64,000 bases of DNA. It comes from Squalus acanthias (Eukaryota). The position numbers were made by a program, and so were the translations under genes. Under the pieces are notes generated by a model. It saw only the letters and a list, made by a program, of their open reading frames with translations. It made no database searches and was not told where the DNA came from. The stretch covers positions 86,988,001 to 87,052,000 of the forward strand of contig CM059432.1 in NCBI GenBank assembly GCA_030390025.1. The letters run 5' to 3'. Shown piece by piece: positions 61,618 to 64,000 of the stretch. Within the stretch, counting starts at the first letter, position 1, and the number at the start of each line of letters is the position of its first letter.

Positions 61618-64000
61618 GCGCTCGATTTTGCCATTGGTGGCGGGTTGGGTGCAGGTCAGGTGGTCGGTGGGTCCTGATCCCACCTCCGCTGTTGGGCGGG
61701 AAAAAATTGTGATTTTGCCCTAATTGGGCAATTGATTCCCTGCGTGTGCGAACCCCTGGCCCAATTAGTCTTTTGGGACTGAAACTCGCCTCTGGTGACG
61801 TCAGTTCTCCAGCTGCATTTAAGGCCTGCAAGCAGCTTTGGTTCATTTTGTTCCTATGTTCTTCCACAGTCACACCTGCTTGAAGTCTTTGCTACTGCTG
61901 AAATGTCGAGCTCAAGGGCCAAAGCCTCACCACGATTCGATGATGACTCCCTCCATGCTCTGGTGGAGGGAGCCAGAGTTCAAAAGGAGGTGCTCTTTCC
62001 TTCCTCTGGGAGGAAAAAACCTACCCAGCAAACCAAAGCTGTGTGGCTGCAACTGGCTCAGGAGGTGAGCTCCAGATCGATGTGCAGCAGAACCTGGCTG
62101 CAGTGCCGAAAGAGGTTCAATGACCTTGTCCACACAGGAAAAGTGAGTAGACCATCACCTTTACCCTCATTCTGCTCTCAATCTCCTCTCAGCACCAGCA
62201 CTCTGCATTGCCAACCTACTCCTACACATCCCACTTTATCCTTACATCCCTTGCACCCTTAAACATCCCTCTCTCTCTATGTACACAATCACTTCACTAT
62301 TCGACTATGCAGCCCTCACACTCCCTATCACTGTGATGCTATGACAACAACTAACAGCACACAGGGAGGGCCCTTGGTCTTGGCACCTCACTCCATCTTT
62401 GTCTCCTTCTAAGCATCTATGCTATGGATTCTCTACACTCACTCCTTCATTCTCACTCAAACTCCACTTGTGTCCCTCATTGCAGGAAAAGAGAGCCCAC
62501 AATAAGAGGGAGAGGGCGACGACAGGAGGAGGGCCACCCTCAATAGCCCAGCTCACCAATGCATAGGAGGCGGCCCTGGAGATTGTGGGAGTGGAGGAGA
62601 ATGCGCAAGTGGGGGACGGACAGATGGGCGCATCACAGCAAGCTGGTGAATGAATAGTTTTGCATGACATTGCATGAGTGACTGATAATGATTCTGATGC
62701 TCTAACAGATTGACTTATGATCATCTGCACAATTCAATGTGCATGCAACCTTTATCTCACATGTCTAACTCTTTCCTTTACTCCCCCACAGGACCATCGA
62801 CAGCCCCCCTCCCACTGTCCAGGAGGAAGAGCCTGAGCATGAAGACTCCTCAGAGGAACCTGCAACCTCTGAGGGCGCAGCGTCAGCAGAATTAAGCGCT
62901 CCCAGCACCAGCGCAGATATGCACACGTCGGTGGGGCCTTCGGGAGATAGAGTAGTGTTGTCACCTGGTGTATCACAGCTCACAAGTGAGCATCAGCAGA
63001 TTGTGGAGACAAGGACAGCAGTGGAGAGTGCTCGTCGGAGGCTGCAGGACTCTCCCAGCTTGGCTCAGCTGCATGTGGACCCTGTGCCTCTGGGTCCATC
63101 CAGAAAGAGAGCGGTGCTGGAACTCCAGGAACAGGTGCAGGAGTCTCTGGCAGGTTTTGTCTCCAGGGTTACTGCGAGTGTAGAGAGGATGGAGAAGTCC
63201 AACTCTGGAAAGGTTGGCGATGGTAGAGGAGAGGATGGCTACGGCCATGGAGGAACTAAGTCGCCAGCGTCAGGAAAACATGGTGAATCTTCAGAATAGA
63301 CTGACATCTCTGGAGGAGCGATGGGCAGCTATTGAGCAGAGAAACCAGAGCTTCATGGAAGTCCTTTTGAGTAGGACTGCCAGTGTAGATACGGGTCCTC
63401 ATGGCCCCACTGATATGCAGCAAGGTGCTGTCAAGCCACTTACTAGCACTGAAGTGGGGCTGACCCATGAGAGGGATGTTGGTGGCAGGCAACAAGGAAG
63501 TGGGGGCGCCACTCCAGGTGCTCACACTCCCCAGCCACTAAGTAGCCCTCGGCCAGAGCCCCACCAGAGTCCACACCCAACTGAGATCGGCGTCTCAGCC
63601 CCTGCACAAAGGCAGGAGGAGCAGACTGTTGCCGAGCCCTCACAGGCTCACAAACCCAGAGGAGGCCCGCCAAAGGTGTCAAAGCAGGAGCAGCATGAAA
63701 GTGAGCAAGGTGCCTCCACATCTGCTGAAGCCACAGGGGAAGCACCATGTAGAAGCACGTGTAAGAGGAAGATAAAGCACGATTAGTCACGAGGGTAGTC
63801 ACTTGGGTGTTATGTTCTGTTGTATTTATTTTTTGTCACAGCCATCCTTTTGTGCATTGAATAAACAGAGGTAATGGCAAACAGTTGAAGTTCTGTCCTA
63901 TGTGATGTGGGAAATGAAACTTGCACATTGAGGGCTTAGGGCGACTTGCATTTGTAATAATGGTGGTGAGATTGATAGGAATCCACAGGTTCTTGTCCAT
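61618..64000 (+). mobile_element. Harbinger element of the same family as 10437-13672, runs off the window
   Basis: Degenerate TIR GCGCTCGATTTT; colinear similarity to 10437-12860. Confidence 0.9.
61903..63786 (+). pseudogene. Harbinger Myb/SANT gene, 3 exons (61903-62142, 62486-62645, 62792-63786)
   Basis: Exon 1 is an open 80-codon MSSSRAKASPRFDDDSL...TWLQCRKRFNDL; TAG in exon 2; frameshifts in exon 3; ends KRKIKHD*. Confidence 0.9.

Overview
Eukaryotic, repeat-dominated window, most likely from a cartilaginous fish (shark). That assignment is an inference from the repeat families present: CR1 LINEs with esterase ORF1, Deu-domain SINEs, Penelope remnants. I recognise no host protein-coding gene; one 48-nt cassette exon candidate is flagged. 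Most of the window is deeply nested transposable elements: about 15 PIF/Harbinger elements, several CR1 LINEs, Zenon-like CR1 fragments with a partner SINE, Deu SINEs, a 1.68-kb solo LTR, a hAT-Blackjack-type element carrying a minisatellite, and a Penelope remnant with a minimal hammerhead ribozyme motif. Three Harbingers are near full length, with a DDE transposase gene convergent on a 3-exon Myb/SANT gene; the rest are Myb-only derivatives or MITEs. Main observations: (i) two Harbinger lineages whose Myb domains track different subterminal motifs; (ii) a palindromic A(-4)/T(+4) target preference despite a free 3-bp TSD; (iii) recurrent loss of the transposase core with Myb sequence retained; (iv) a Harbinger inserted at the hammerhead cleavage triplet; (v) apparent ORF1 swapping between CR1 subfamilies. 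Everything was read by eye. Family names are recalled, not searched, and boundaries without a TSD are approximate.
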